Of a stretch of 64,000 bases of DNA, positions 37,242 to 49,109 are shown piece by piece. The stretch is from positions 20,646,001 to 20,710,000 of the forward strand of contig NC_086108.1 in the NCBI RefSeq assembly GCF_963921235.1, read 5' to 3'. Origin of the DNA: Mobula hypostoma (Eukaryota). A model generated the notes under the pieces. The model worked only from the letters and a program-made list of their open reading frames with translations, was not told the origin of the DNA and ran no database searches. Position 1 is the stretch's first letter. Each line of letters begins with the position of its first letter. The position numbers and the translations under genes were made by a program.

Positions 37242-38659
37242 TATTTACTTTTGGTTTGCAGTCATGAGTCATGGCAATGGCCTTATAAAGCATTAAAATA
37301 TTTAGTATCAGGTGATTGTCACTTATAACCTTGACAGATAAACTTCATTAGATTAACAACTTCCCAGTAATGACTGGTCTTCTAAATTACATTCATGGCT
37401 TACAAATATATCTTTTAAAATAGACTATATAATCTGAAATAAGATGTAGCTCATTTTCTGTTCCACATACTGAAAGATAAATGAGAAAAAGTACAGCAGC
37501 TAAGGAAAAGTAGAGGTCGAAATTTTATGCACACCAAATAGTAAACTGGTTGCAATGAAATTCCAAGTAATTTTATTCTTAAAAAACCTGAAATTAAAAA
37601 AAAACTTGTCAATGATGCAACTATGTGATGACTGTCCTAGTTTTACATCTAGGCCAGATCAATGGTAATTCGTCAAGTTCCCTGGTGTTTGGAAAAGTGA
37701 ATAGTTTTTTATATTTTAAAATAATACATTTTCTTTTAAGTCAATTTTCAAATTTGCTATTGGCAGCTGATTGAGTTAAAAAGACATCCAAAATTAAAAA
37801 TGTATGGCCTTTTTTGTCATTATATTTTTGCTGGAAGGCAGTTTAATAGATCTTTGATAAAGCTAAATAAAAGCACATTGATAACTTCTATTTATCTTTG
37901 AGATTTTCCAAGGTAATTTTCCAAAGAGAAACAAGTTGGAAATTAATCTTTGCAGAATATACAGGCAACAGAATGCTAGAGATTAATAGGACCATCTTAA
38001 GTATTATTTGATCATCACCAATTTTATAAGAAATAAATGCATTAAAACAATTAATAATGATTATTAATAAAACAATAAATTATGTCAAACCCATTATTGA
38101 GGTGTGACTGTTCTTCGACTAATTAAAAAATATCACAGGCTTGAATCGTACAAATGTATACAAATATATCACATTATAAGATACACCCATGAAGTAAAAA
38201 AAAATGTTTTTAATTCAGTCTCAAAAACAAGATGGGAAATTGCTGCCCATTCCGAAAATATCCTCTTAGGGGTGACATATCTGCTAGAAACTTTCTAAGT
38301 AAGGCATACCCAGAATGCTATTTGATCAAGTGTCAAGGTTTAAACGATGGTGAAAGAACAATGATTTAGGATGTTGTGAAATGGGGAGGGTTAGGCTGTT
38401 TTGCATATTCTTTGTTTGTTTCCTTGGTAAAAGAGTTTATTTGAGGGGTGCTTTAAAAGTAACAATATGAACATAAGCAACTAGAAATTCAAAATTGTAT
38501 GAGTAGCTCCTTATTAGAGTCATAGAGTATTACAGTTCAGAAATAGATTCTTCGGCCCATCTAGTCAATGCCAACCACAGCATCCACCCTGCTAGTCCCA
38601 GTTGCCTGCATTCTCCCTATAACCCTCCAAGCCTCCCCACCACACCCCACCCACAACAA

Positions 38660-39000
38660 ATATTGGTTTCATCATGATCTGGTACGACACTTCAAATGTA
38701 CAGGAACGTAAGAAGCTGCACAGAGTCATGGACTCTGACCAATATATCGTGGAACATGTCTATCCGCCATTGGTAGTATCTGCAGTAGGTGTTGCTCAAG
38801 TAGTTGCTCATCTATCAACAATACGCACTATCCAGGCCATGACATCTTTTCACAGCTACCATCTTTTAAGAGGTACATAAACCTTAAGTCCCAAACCACC
38901 GGGGTCAAGAACAGCTACTTCCCTTCAACTATTCAGTTCTTGAATAGCCGTAGTCACTACACCATGATCACTTTGCACTAAAGTGGACTTCGTATATTGA
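38660..39000 (+). mobile_element. Rex/Babar-type LINE 3' fragment, decayed
   Basis: ORF 38674..38880 IWYDTSNVQERKKLHRVMDSDQYI resembles TTWYGSCPVQDRKKLQKIVNAAQHI in ORF 61183..61902. Confidence 0.65.
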
Positions 39001-40524
39001 ACAAGGAAATGCAAGGTAATATTAAGCAGCTAAAGTTACACATCTACATTTACATATTCTGCTGTAAATTTGTGTCCTTGGTAAGAACCAGCTGGTTTTG
39101 GGAATATATTTTGCACATCAAGCATCCACCCTCAGAGGTTAATCTGTTACTGAACTTGCTTTTGTAGTTCCTTCAATATACTTTTTTCATTATGACATAT
39201 TTTACTACTGTCCTTCAATACCTCTGACTTCCAGGGATTGCTAAACTTAATTGTTCTGTGCCTGTAGATATTCTGCATCATTAAGGAATACCATTTAGTA
39301 TGACCATTGCCTTTCTTGTTTTCTACCAACCTCCAATTTAAACAACTTGAGACATTTAAATATTGGTAACACATTGAATGGCTTTGATCTGAAATGCATG
39401 CTGGGTCTGAATGACTTTATTTTAAAACTTTACAAATCTAAGATTTTGTTCTATATTCTCAATGAGGGCAGATGATACATGGAAGACAGTGAACATGAGT
39501 TCATAAGCTTTTTCTGTCATCTGATCAGACTAGTGGGAATAAGTTGCTTCCGAAAATTAGTTGCTAACCAGGTGAACTGGTTCTTCATAGAACAAGTCAA
39601 TATAAAACGACAACTTTACTTTGCAGTTTGACAAAAAATATATTATTAAATGGGAAGCTTCATAGAAAGTGTAACATTTCTCAGCATAGTACAGTAAATC
39701 CATGTAATAAGAACTACAGGTTTCCCCTGCAATCCAAAGGTAGAGCGTTCCTATGAAATGGTTCATAAGCTGGAATGTCGTAAAATGAATAAGCAATTAC
39801 CATTTATTAATATGGGAAAAATTTCTGAGCGTTCCCAGACCCAAAAAATAACCTACAAAAGCATGCCATATAACACATAAAACCTAAAATAACAGTAACA
39901 TATAGTAAAAGCAGGAATGATATGATAAATACATAGCCTATATAAAGTAGAAATACTTTTCTGCAGCACTGTCTAGCACAGTAAAAATCTCGTGGAAGTA
40001 CTCTCGGCAGAAAAATTCTCTCCAGTAACCTTTAAGCTATGAAGCTGCCAAGGCATTCCAAATAACACATAAAAATACACAGCCTATATAAAGTAGAAAT
40101 AATGTATGTAGTGTAGTTTTACTTACCGGAATCGGGAAGACTCCAATAAATTGCAGTTTCGTCAAAGTTAAACACTTGCTTATACGAATAACCACCTGAC
40201 GCAATTGGCAATCGGGTCTGATCTGGGCCGACATTTATGTGCTGGGCGGCACCTAATTAATTAGCTTGTTTATTTCGGTTTTTTTCTTAAAGATGTGCTG
40301 GGTGCATTTCAACTACCACTGCACCACTGCATTCTTTGCGGCAATGTATCGGTCCACGGCCCAGAGGTTGGGGACCACTGCTTAAACTATGAAGTTGCCC
40401 TCGCCTCAGAAACCGATCAAACCACCCATGACTACCATTAAATTACACTTTCGGAACACTTTCATCACCATCGTCCAGTGCTTTCTGTTTCAGCTTATTA
40501 AAAAGATTGACTGATTTTCTTTCT

Positions 40525-43500
40525 TTCTTTCTTTTTCAATCTTTTTATTAGTTTCACAAAATATAAACATGACAAAGTAGTAATACAAAGTTATTGGGAA
40601 TACATTGTTATAATTAACATGTGTGATTATAAAACTAAAAAATTAATTGACAAAATGCCCAATCATAAAGGATACCAATGAATAATATAGAACAAAGAGA
40701 AATAACTAGACAAAAATCATGAAAAAGGAAAAGAAAATAACCTTGCCCCGCAAAAAAAAACTAATCTAAACAGAATGAATCAACTAAACTAAAAAAAAGA
40801 CCTGGGATGTTTTAACATCATAAAAAATGTGAGAGATGAAAAACCTTAGTGTTGACGACTCCGTTCCTCTCAAACAACATTACAGAGAAGTAAAATAAGT
40901 TTGGAAATGGTCAAATTACATCATATGAAAATGCTGAATAAATGGCCTCCAAGTCTTTTCGAATTTAATGGAAGGTTCATAAACCACACTTTAAATTTTT
41001 TCCAAATTTAAACACAGTAAAGTTTGTGAGAACCGGTGAAATATAGTAGGAGGGTTAATCTCTTTCCGATTCAGCAAGATGGATCTTCTAGCCATTAAAG
41101 TAAGAAATGCAATCATCCAACAAGCTGAAGAGGTTAAATGAATTGAGTCTATCATTGGTAGCCCAAAAATAGCAGTAATTGGGTGAGGTTGTAAGTCTAT
41201 ATTCAAAACCTTTGAAATAATATCAAAAATATCTTCCCAATATTTTTTCAACAAAGGACATGGCCAAAACATGTGAGTTAAAGAAGCTATCTCGGAGTGA
41301 CATCTATCACATATAGGATTTACATAAGAGTAATAATGAGATAGTTTATCTTTGGACATGTGAGCCCTGTGCACTACTTTAAACTGTATCAAAGCATGTT
41401 TAGCACATATAGAGGATGAGTTAACTAATTGAAGAATTTTTCCCATTTTTCAATTGGTATAATAATCTTAAGTTCTCTTTCCCAATCAGTTCTAATTTTA
41501 TTAGATACATCAGGACACAAATTCATAATTATATTATAAATAATTGCTACAACACCTTTCTGAGAAAGGTTTAAATCTAAAATTTTTTCCAAAATATCCA
41601 TTGGATATGAGTGTGGAAAATTAGGAGAAACAGTAATTAAAAAGTTTCTAACCTGTTGATATCTAAAAAAGTGAGATCTGGGTAAATTATATTTATTAGA
41701 TAATTGATCAAAGGGCATAAAACAATTATCCAAAAGTAAATCACGAAAATGTACTATACCTTTGATTTTCCAATCAGAGTAAGCTTGATCCATAGTGGAA
41801 GGTTGAAAAAAGAATTTAGACATAATAGGACTTGCTAAAATAAATTGATTCAACCCAAAAAATTTTCGAAATTGAAACCATATACGTAAAGTATGCTTAA
41901 CTATTGGATTATTCATTTGTTTATACAGTTTAGAAAAAGTAAAAGGAAGCGAAGTCCCTAAAACCGAATCCAAAGAAAACCCTTGTAATGAATTACATTC
42001 AAGACTTACCCAATGTGGACTTGAAGTTGCATCCAAGTCTTGTAACCAAAATTTTAAGTATTGAATATTAATTGCCCAATAAAAATATCTAAAATTCAGG
42101 AGGGCTAACCCCCCCACTTTAGATTTTTGTAAATACCTTTTACCTAGCCTAGGATTTTTGTTCTGCCATATATATGAAGAAATTTTTGAGTCAACATTAT
42201 CAAAAAAAGATTTTTTGATAATGTTGTCTCAAAATTGGAACCGATTGAAATACATACAGAAATTTTGGCAAAATAATCATCTTAATAGCATTAATCCGAC
42301 CGATCAAAGACAAAGATATTGGTGACCATTTAGTAAACAAAAGTTTAATCTGATCAATTAGAGGTAAAAAATTAGCTTTAAATAAATCTTTATACTTTTT
42401 CGTAATTGTAATCCGTAAATATATAAAAGAGTCAGTAACCAATTTAAATGGTAAACATCCATAAATAGGAACCAGCTTATTTAGGGGAAATAATTCACTC
42501 TTATTAAGGTTTAATTTGTAACCAGAAAAATTACTAAATTAAGCCAACAAAACTAGAATAACAGGAATTGATTTCTCTGGATTAGAGATATATAATAACA
42601 AATTATCTGCATATAGTGATAATTTATGTATTTCATTTCCAAGGATAATACCAAAAATGTTGGGCAAGTCACGGATAGCAATTGCTAAAGGTTCAAGAGC
42701 AATATTAAATAGTAAAGGACTAAGAGGGCATCCTTGCCTAGTACCACGAGATAGACGAAAAAAGGGAGATCTTTGATTATTAGTACAAACCGAAGCTACA
42801 GGGGTATGATATAACAATTTAATCCAAGATATAAATGTCGAACTAAAATTAAATTTCTCAAACACACTAAATAAATAAGGCCATTCAACTCTGTCAAAGG
42901 CTTTCTCAGCATCTAATGAAATAATACATTCCAGAGTATTAAATGAGGGGGTATAAACAATAGTCATAGCATCCTAATATTAAAAGATGAATAACGGTTT
43001 TTAATAAATCCTGTTTGGTCCATAGATATAATTTGAGATAATACCTTCTCTAACCTAGTTGCTAAAATTTTTGGAAAAATTTCTGAATCTACATTCAAAA
43101 GAGATATCGGTCTATATGATGCACAATCAGTAGGATCTTTATTCTTTTTAAGAATTAAAGAAATAGAGGCTTCATAAAACAATTGTGGTAATTTACCTAA
43201 ACTGATTGATTCTTTGAATATTCTAGACAACCAAGGAGAGAGAATAGAGGAAAAGGATTTTAAAAATTCCACTGTAAAACCATCCGGACCAGGTGCTTTA
43301 CCAGAATTCATTGATGAGATTGCAGCTGTTATTTCTTCCTCTGTAATAGGAGTTTCTAATGATAAACAGTCCTCGGGTGATAATTTCAGAAAATTCAAGT
43401 TACTTAAAATATCATGCATGATATTAAAATCATGAGGAAAATCAGAATGATATAAAGAAGTATAAAGTATAAAATTCTTGAAACGTTTTGTTTATCTCGT

Positions 43501-46500
43501 CATGATCAACTGTCAAAGTATCATCGTGTTTACGAATCTTAGTAATTTGATGTTTAACCGAGGCAAATTTCAATTGATTGGCTAATAATTTACCCGATTT
43601 ATCACTATGAATATAAAAATCACTTTTAGTTCTCATTAATTGATTTTCAATCGAGGACGTTAATAGTAAGCTATGTTCCATTTGAAGTTCAACTCTCTGT
43701 TTATACAGCTCCTTGCTAGGAGCAATAGCGTATTTTTTATCAATTTCTTTAATTTTATTAACCAACGAGAGTATTTCATTTTTAGACGCAAACAACAGGA
43801 ATTCTACAGATGCTGGAAATTCAAGCAACACACATCAAAGTTGCTGGTGAACGCAGCAGGCCAGGCAGCATCCCTAGGAAGAGGTGCAGTCGACGTTTCA
43901 GGCCGAGACCCTTCGCCAGGACTAACTGAAGGAAGAGTGAGTAAGGGATTGACCACGGATATAAGCTTTAAAAGCATCCCATATTGTTCCATTGGAAACT
44001 TCATCCATAGTATTAGTTGAAAAAAAGAAATCAATCTGTCCCTCCATAAACTTGACAAAATCTAAGCCTTGAAGCAAAATAAGGTTAAATCGCCATTGTC
44101 TATTAGTAGAAGAAGTATCCATCAACTTAATAGAAAGTTTCATCGGAGTATGATCTGAAATGGCGATAATGTCATAATTACAATCAATTACAGATGGGAT
44201 TAATCGAGAGTCAATAAAAAATAGTCAATTCGAGAATAAGAATGATAAACGTGTGAAAAGAATGAGAATTCTTTGTCCTTTGGGTGTAGAAATCTCCAAA
44301 TTTCTGAAATCCCAGAGTCAATCATGAAAGAGTTAATAAGAGTAGACGACTTAATCGGTAGAGCCGGACTACCTATGGATCTGTCCAACATGGGATTTAA
44401 ACATAAATTAAAGTTACCACCTATTATCAGCACATACTCGTTTAAGTTAGGAAAGGAAGTGAATATGTGTTTAAAAAATTCAGGATAATCTACATTCAGA
44501 ACATAAACATTAACCATAGCAACCTCTTTATTAAAAAGTAACCCGGTAATTAACAAGAATCTACCGTTAGGATCTGAGATTAATGTCTTGATGAATAAAT
44601 GTAATTGAGGGATCTATAAAAATTGAAACGCCTTTGACTTTGGCTTGGGAGTTCGAGTGGTATTGTTGTTCCCTCCAAAACTTAAAGAAGCGTTGATTAT
44701 CCTCTTTCCTTACATGAGTTTCTTGTGCAAAAATAATATGGGCATTCAATCTTTGGAATACTTTGAAAATCTTTTTCTGTTTTATTGGATGGTTTAAACC
44801 ATTTGTATTCCAAGAGACAAAATTAATAATGTGAGCCATAATTTAACATTAACCCTTTGGTGTGTAAAAGGTTAACCAATGTAAACTCATGAGATTGGAA
44901 GAGGAATACATGATCAGAGAGGAACCGGAAATCCCGACACTGCAGACATCTTTGTAGTACTAAATCAGCCCAATAGAAAAAATTAATAAGGAAAAAAGAA
45001 ACTCCCCCACCCTCCATCCCTAAGAACCCTGAACTAAGCCAAGAAAGGCTGAAGAAAGAACTAACTAACACTAAATCTAACCCCATTCCTGCAGGAGGCA
45101 ACTCCAAAGATATATGTTATAAAGGAGACTCCCCGGAAACCGATATAAAAAAATTAATACTATACTACAATAATCTACATAGTGTAATTTCTAAAATACC
45201 TAAAAAAGAAAAGAGTTAGTACCAATACATATGATTAGTTAATTATAAATAAAAGTAAATAAAATATCGCTTCCAAAAAAAAAGGGGATTATGGGAAGAA
45301 GAAACATAAGAACATGGTGTGCCCAAAAAGAACAAAGGAGATTTTGCTAAAAGGAAAACAAACCGCCATCTTAATTATACCAAAGCAAAAACAAAGAACA
45401 TATAATTAAAATTGATCATCAAATCAAATCGTTAGTAACAATATTGGAAATCAACTAGTTAAAAAAGGAAATTAACTAAAAAGAAAAGTAAAGTTACTCG
45501 CGAGAAAAGGCTTTTTTAGATAAGTTGTAAAGTAATACCAACGGTACTAAGCACAAGATAAAAATCTTGAGCTTATAAAAAACCTTCTTTGTACAGTAAT
45601 AGAAAGTTTTTTTTTAAACACCAGAAAAAAAAACTGATACTGGAAGCACAGGACATTAATTATAGAGCGGTGTCCGCATCAGATGGGTAGTTGTCATCCA
45701 AAAAACTTCGGGCAGCGGTTGTGGAATGGAAGACATGATGAGATCCATCAGAAAGAGAAATTCTTAGGCGTGCAGGGTATAATAGTGCCGGATTAAGATT
45801 TTTTTGATAACATTCCGACATCAGAGATTTAAAAGCCGATCGCCCTTTCATCATTTTGGGACTGTAATCTTGAACTATTCTGAAGGAATGCTGACGATAC
45901 TTAATCATCCCTTGCCGATGAGCAGCCTGGAGAAGCTGTTCTTTAACATTAACGTAGTGGAATCAAAGAATAATTGGTCTCGGTTTTGATTCGGCAGATG
46001 CCGGCTTGGGCCACGATATACGATGGGCGTGGTCAAGCAATGGAGGATCGTTAGGAAATACTGAATTAAACATATCCTTTAAAAGTTGAGCAAAGAATAT
46101 TAAAGGATCTCCATCTTCAATATCCTTGGGTAGACCAATTATACGTAAGTTCTGTCTTCTAGATCGATTTTCAAGATCGATAACTTTGGATTTAAAATGT
46201 TGCAGTTGTTTAATGGTCGAAGCTAAATTCTGCTCCAAGTTCTCAACTTTTGAATCCATCTTCTGAGATTTAATATCCAGTTCAGAGATATTATTTGATG
46301 TTTTTGAACTTCACAATCCAGGGATTTCAGAGTTTCCGTGATTGATTTTAAGTCTTCATTAAGACTTTGATGATGTTGTTCAAATTTATTAGATAACTTA
46401 TCAGGTAAGCTTTGAGATAGATTTTGACGTACTTCCTCGAATTTTTCCTCTAAGAACTTCGTCATAGCTTCATAGGGTAGCTCCGTTTGTTTCAAGTCAC

Positions 46501-46730
46501 CTTTTCTTTTTCCTCTGTTCCCATTGGAATCTTTCCCGTCTTTGGTTTTGGATCTTGTACTCGTTTCTTTAGATTCCACAATTGCAGTTCAAAAAAGAAT
46601 CAATAAGATAAAATAAATCTTCTGGTATGGGTAAAAAATGATTAAGTAAGGGAGATCATAGGTTAAAAAAAAGATAATGGGAATGGAGCGAAGCCAAGAA
46701 CGACCTCACTCCATGAGCGCTCCCTGCAGA
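40525..46730 (-). mobile_element. Full-length, frameshifted L1-clade LINE (ORF1 46579-45660; ORF2 44839 to about 40920)
   Basis: ORF1 LENRSRRQNLRIIGLP, LLYPARLRI; ORF2 SWNTNGLN/QETH, SRIDYF, KAPGPDGF, LDAEKAFDRVEW, GTRQGCPLSP, LYADN, CDRC...HMFWPC; A-rich tail; approximate TSD gatt(t)tctcttt at 40513-40524 and 46736-46746. Confidence 0.95.
43786..43950 (-). mobile_element. Short Penelope 3' insertion inside L1 ORF2; hammerhead motif at 43888-43923 with core change CUGACGA to CUGGCGA
   Basis: Near-identical to 4382-4546; interrupts L1 between YIRGQ and KNEILSL. Confidence 0.92.
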
Positions 46731-48581
46731 ATCCGATTTCTCTTTAAGTATAAGAAAACTTAACGTAACACTGTGCTTTGTACACCTATCAATCCACTCA
46801 AGCAACAAACTTTCCATTTTATCCATTATTGGATGCCGACTAAGAGAGACCACTTTGCTACGAGCAGAGACAACAGGAACATCGGCAGCTTTCAAAATTC
46901 TTTCACTCTGCGTATAAATAGTGCAAATGGTAGACGCATGCAAGTTCGACAAGGTCCTTACTTCGTTCACCAAGATCGAAAAGCTTAATTATGTCTAGTT
47001 TTATGCTAAGTGTAACACCCTTACGAGCTCTTTTAGGCTTTTCCAATACCTTATAACTCATCTTGCTTACGGATGCACAAAATAATTTGAGATAAAGCAC
47101 GTGTTTAAGCGATGCCGGCTAGAATGCAGTTCCGGGGGAGGAGCTTGGCTGTTCGGATGAGTGTTGCCTTTTTTCGTAACAGTGAAAACACCTTCTGTTA
47201 GCGAAAACAGGTAACTAATGTTGGTCTTTCGTAACAGCGAGGTGTCGTAAAGCGAACGTTCGGAAAACGGGGGCCACCTGTAATTACTGTCACTCAAAGC
47301 AGTAGCATGCTATAATGAACTACCAATTGAAGTAGCAAGTCCAGAAGTATAAGTTGCTGGTAGCAATAATTGATAGCAATTATCTCTGCATTTAGAGTAC
47401 CTTCACAAGAATCACAAGTGAGAATGGGTCAAAGCTTTTCACTGTATATTGGCCTAGTGGTATAAATACTCTTGCATCCCAATCTGAACAATCCCATTAT
47501 ACATTTCAGATAGCGTGCAGATATATACAGTACTTGGAATCTGCTTAAAATGACAAGAGAGGATCCAGCATCCTCTTCAGCAAGAGAAGAAAACATGACT
47601 GGTGAGGACAGCCTCTTTGGCTACTGCAACGATCTATGTTTTATATCTGGATGAGCATTTACAATAATCAGAATAACCTCCTCCCAGAGTGTGCTGTGTT
47701 TATCAATGTTCCTCTGATTTCTAAACTTCTCCTACTGATCCCCACAGTTGTTCCATATATTAATATTGTTTGCTCAGACATGGTAACATTCAGTAAGGCA
47801 CTCCAACTATAGTGCTTGCATCTGGGTGACCTGTATGCTGAATTTGGTTATGTTTACTGCTTACTTAGCATTGGTGCTCATTTCATACACCTTTTGGAAA
47901 GTTACTCAGCTGGATCTTTGGCTTAAAATTTAATTTTACTACAGGTCATTAGCACTTAAAAACAGTTATTCATTATGAACAAGCAGACAAATATTCAATC
48001 AGATCATCAGGTCTGGGCTTCTTTGGCTCAGCTCACAGGTTGAGCAACACTAAATTGCAATTTTTTGGGTATTTATTTTAATTCATTCAAGTTGTTTTAA
48101 CTGGCTTGCATTGCTTCAAGAACAACAACAAAAAACAATAAAATTGACAAAGTCAGAGGAAGCAGGTGGAAATTAACACCAAGATAACATTTTGATTCAG
48201 TAACTTTGAAAAAAGGTTCCCTTCAGTAGAATGATTAAGCAACCTAGCTTGTTGTCTCCAAAATAACTTTAGCAAAGATCGTTAAAATTTCTTATGACAT
48301 TCTGAGGTTTATGAAGAATACAGTATATCAACATAACTTATTGATATCAAAAATCTACTCCAATTTCCAAAAATAAAACAAATTCGCACCAAACAATGAA
48401 AACAAGCAAACTAGAAAAATTGGAAGACAAAGACAAACCATTTCATGTTGAATAAATAAGTGCTATGCACAATGTTTAGAACAAAGTGTTTACCTCTACA
48501 GCTCACTGAACTGTTAGGAGCAGGAAACATAACTTGTCTAAGGATTATACTCTTAAGGCGCAGTAGATGAGTGCTGCAACA

Positions 48582-49078
48582 TTAGATTAGATTATGAGGA
48601 CACGCAGTCCTCTTTTATTGTCATTTAGTAATGCATGCATTAAGAAATGATACAATGTTCCTCCAGAATGATATCACAGAAATACATGACAAACTGACTG
48701 AAAAACTGACAAAAAACATATAATTATAACATATAGATACAACAGTGCAAAGCAATACCGTAATTTGATAAAGAACAGACCATCGGCACGGTAAAAAGTC
48801 TCAAAGTCTCTCGAAAGTCCCATCATCTCACGCAGACGGTGAACCTCCAGTGCTGCAAACTTGCCGATGCAGCATCCTGGAAGCATCCGACCACAGTCCG
48901 ACTCCGAGTCCGTCCGAAAACTCGGAGCCTCCGACCAGCTCTCCGACACCGAGCACCGTCTCTGTCGAGCGCTTTGACCCCGGCCCCGGCAAGAGGCAAT
49001 AGGCAAAGCCGAGGATTTGGGGCCTTCCACTCCAGAGATTCTCGATCGCACAGTAGCAGCGGCAGCAAAGCGGGCATG
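48582..49078 (-). mobile_element. Family A non-autonomous retroposon, 5'-truncated copy
   Basis: Reverse complement of about 14445-14945; (taatc)n tail at 48582-48594. Confidence 0.8.
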
Positions 49079-49109
49079 TTATTATTAGTACATCTACATC
49101 AAAAGAAAT

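Larger units (their letters stand above)
39717..47280 (-). mobile_element. Tigger/pogo deletion derivative split by an L1 insertion
   Basis: ta|caggtttcccc and gggggccacctg|ta termini; CENP-B-like HTH remnants in ORFs 46903..47100 and 46656..46973 (ending LILKEKS) continue at 40385-40515 (VNLFNKLKQKAL...FNGSHGWFDRFLRR). Confidence 0.85.
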
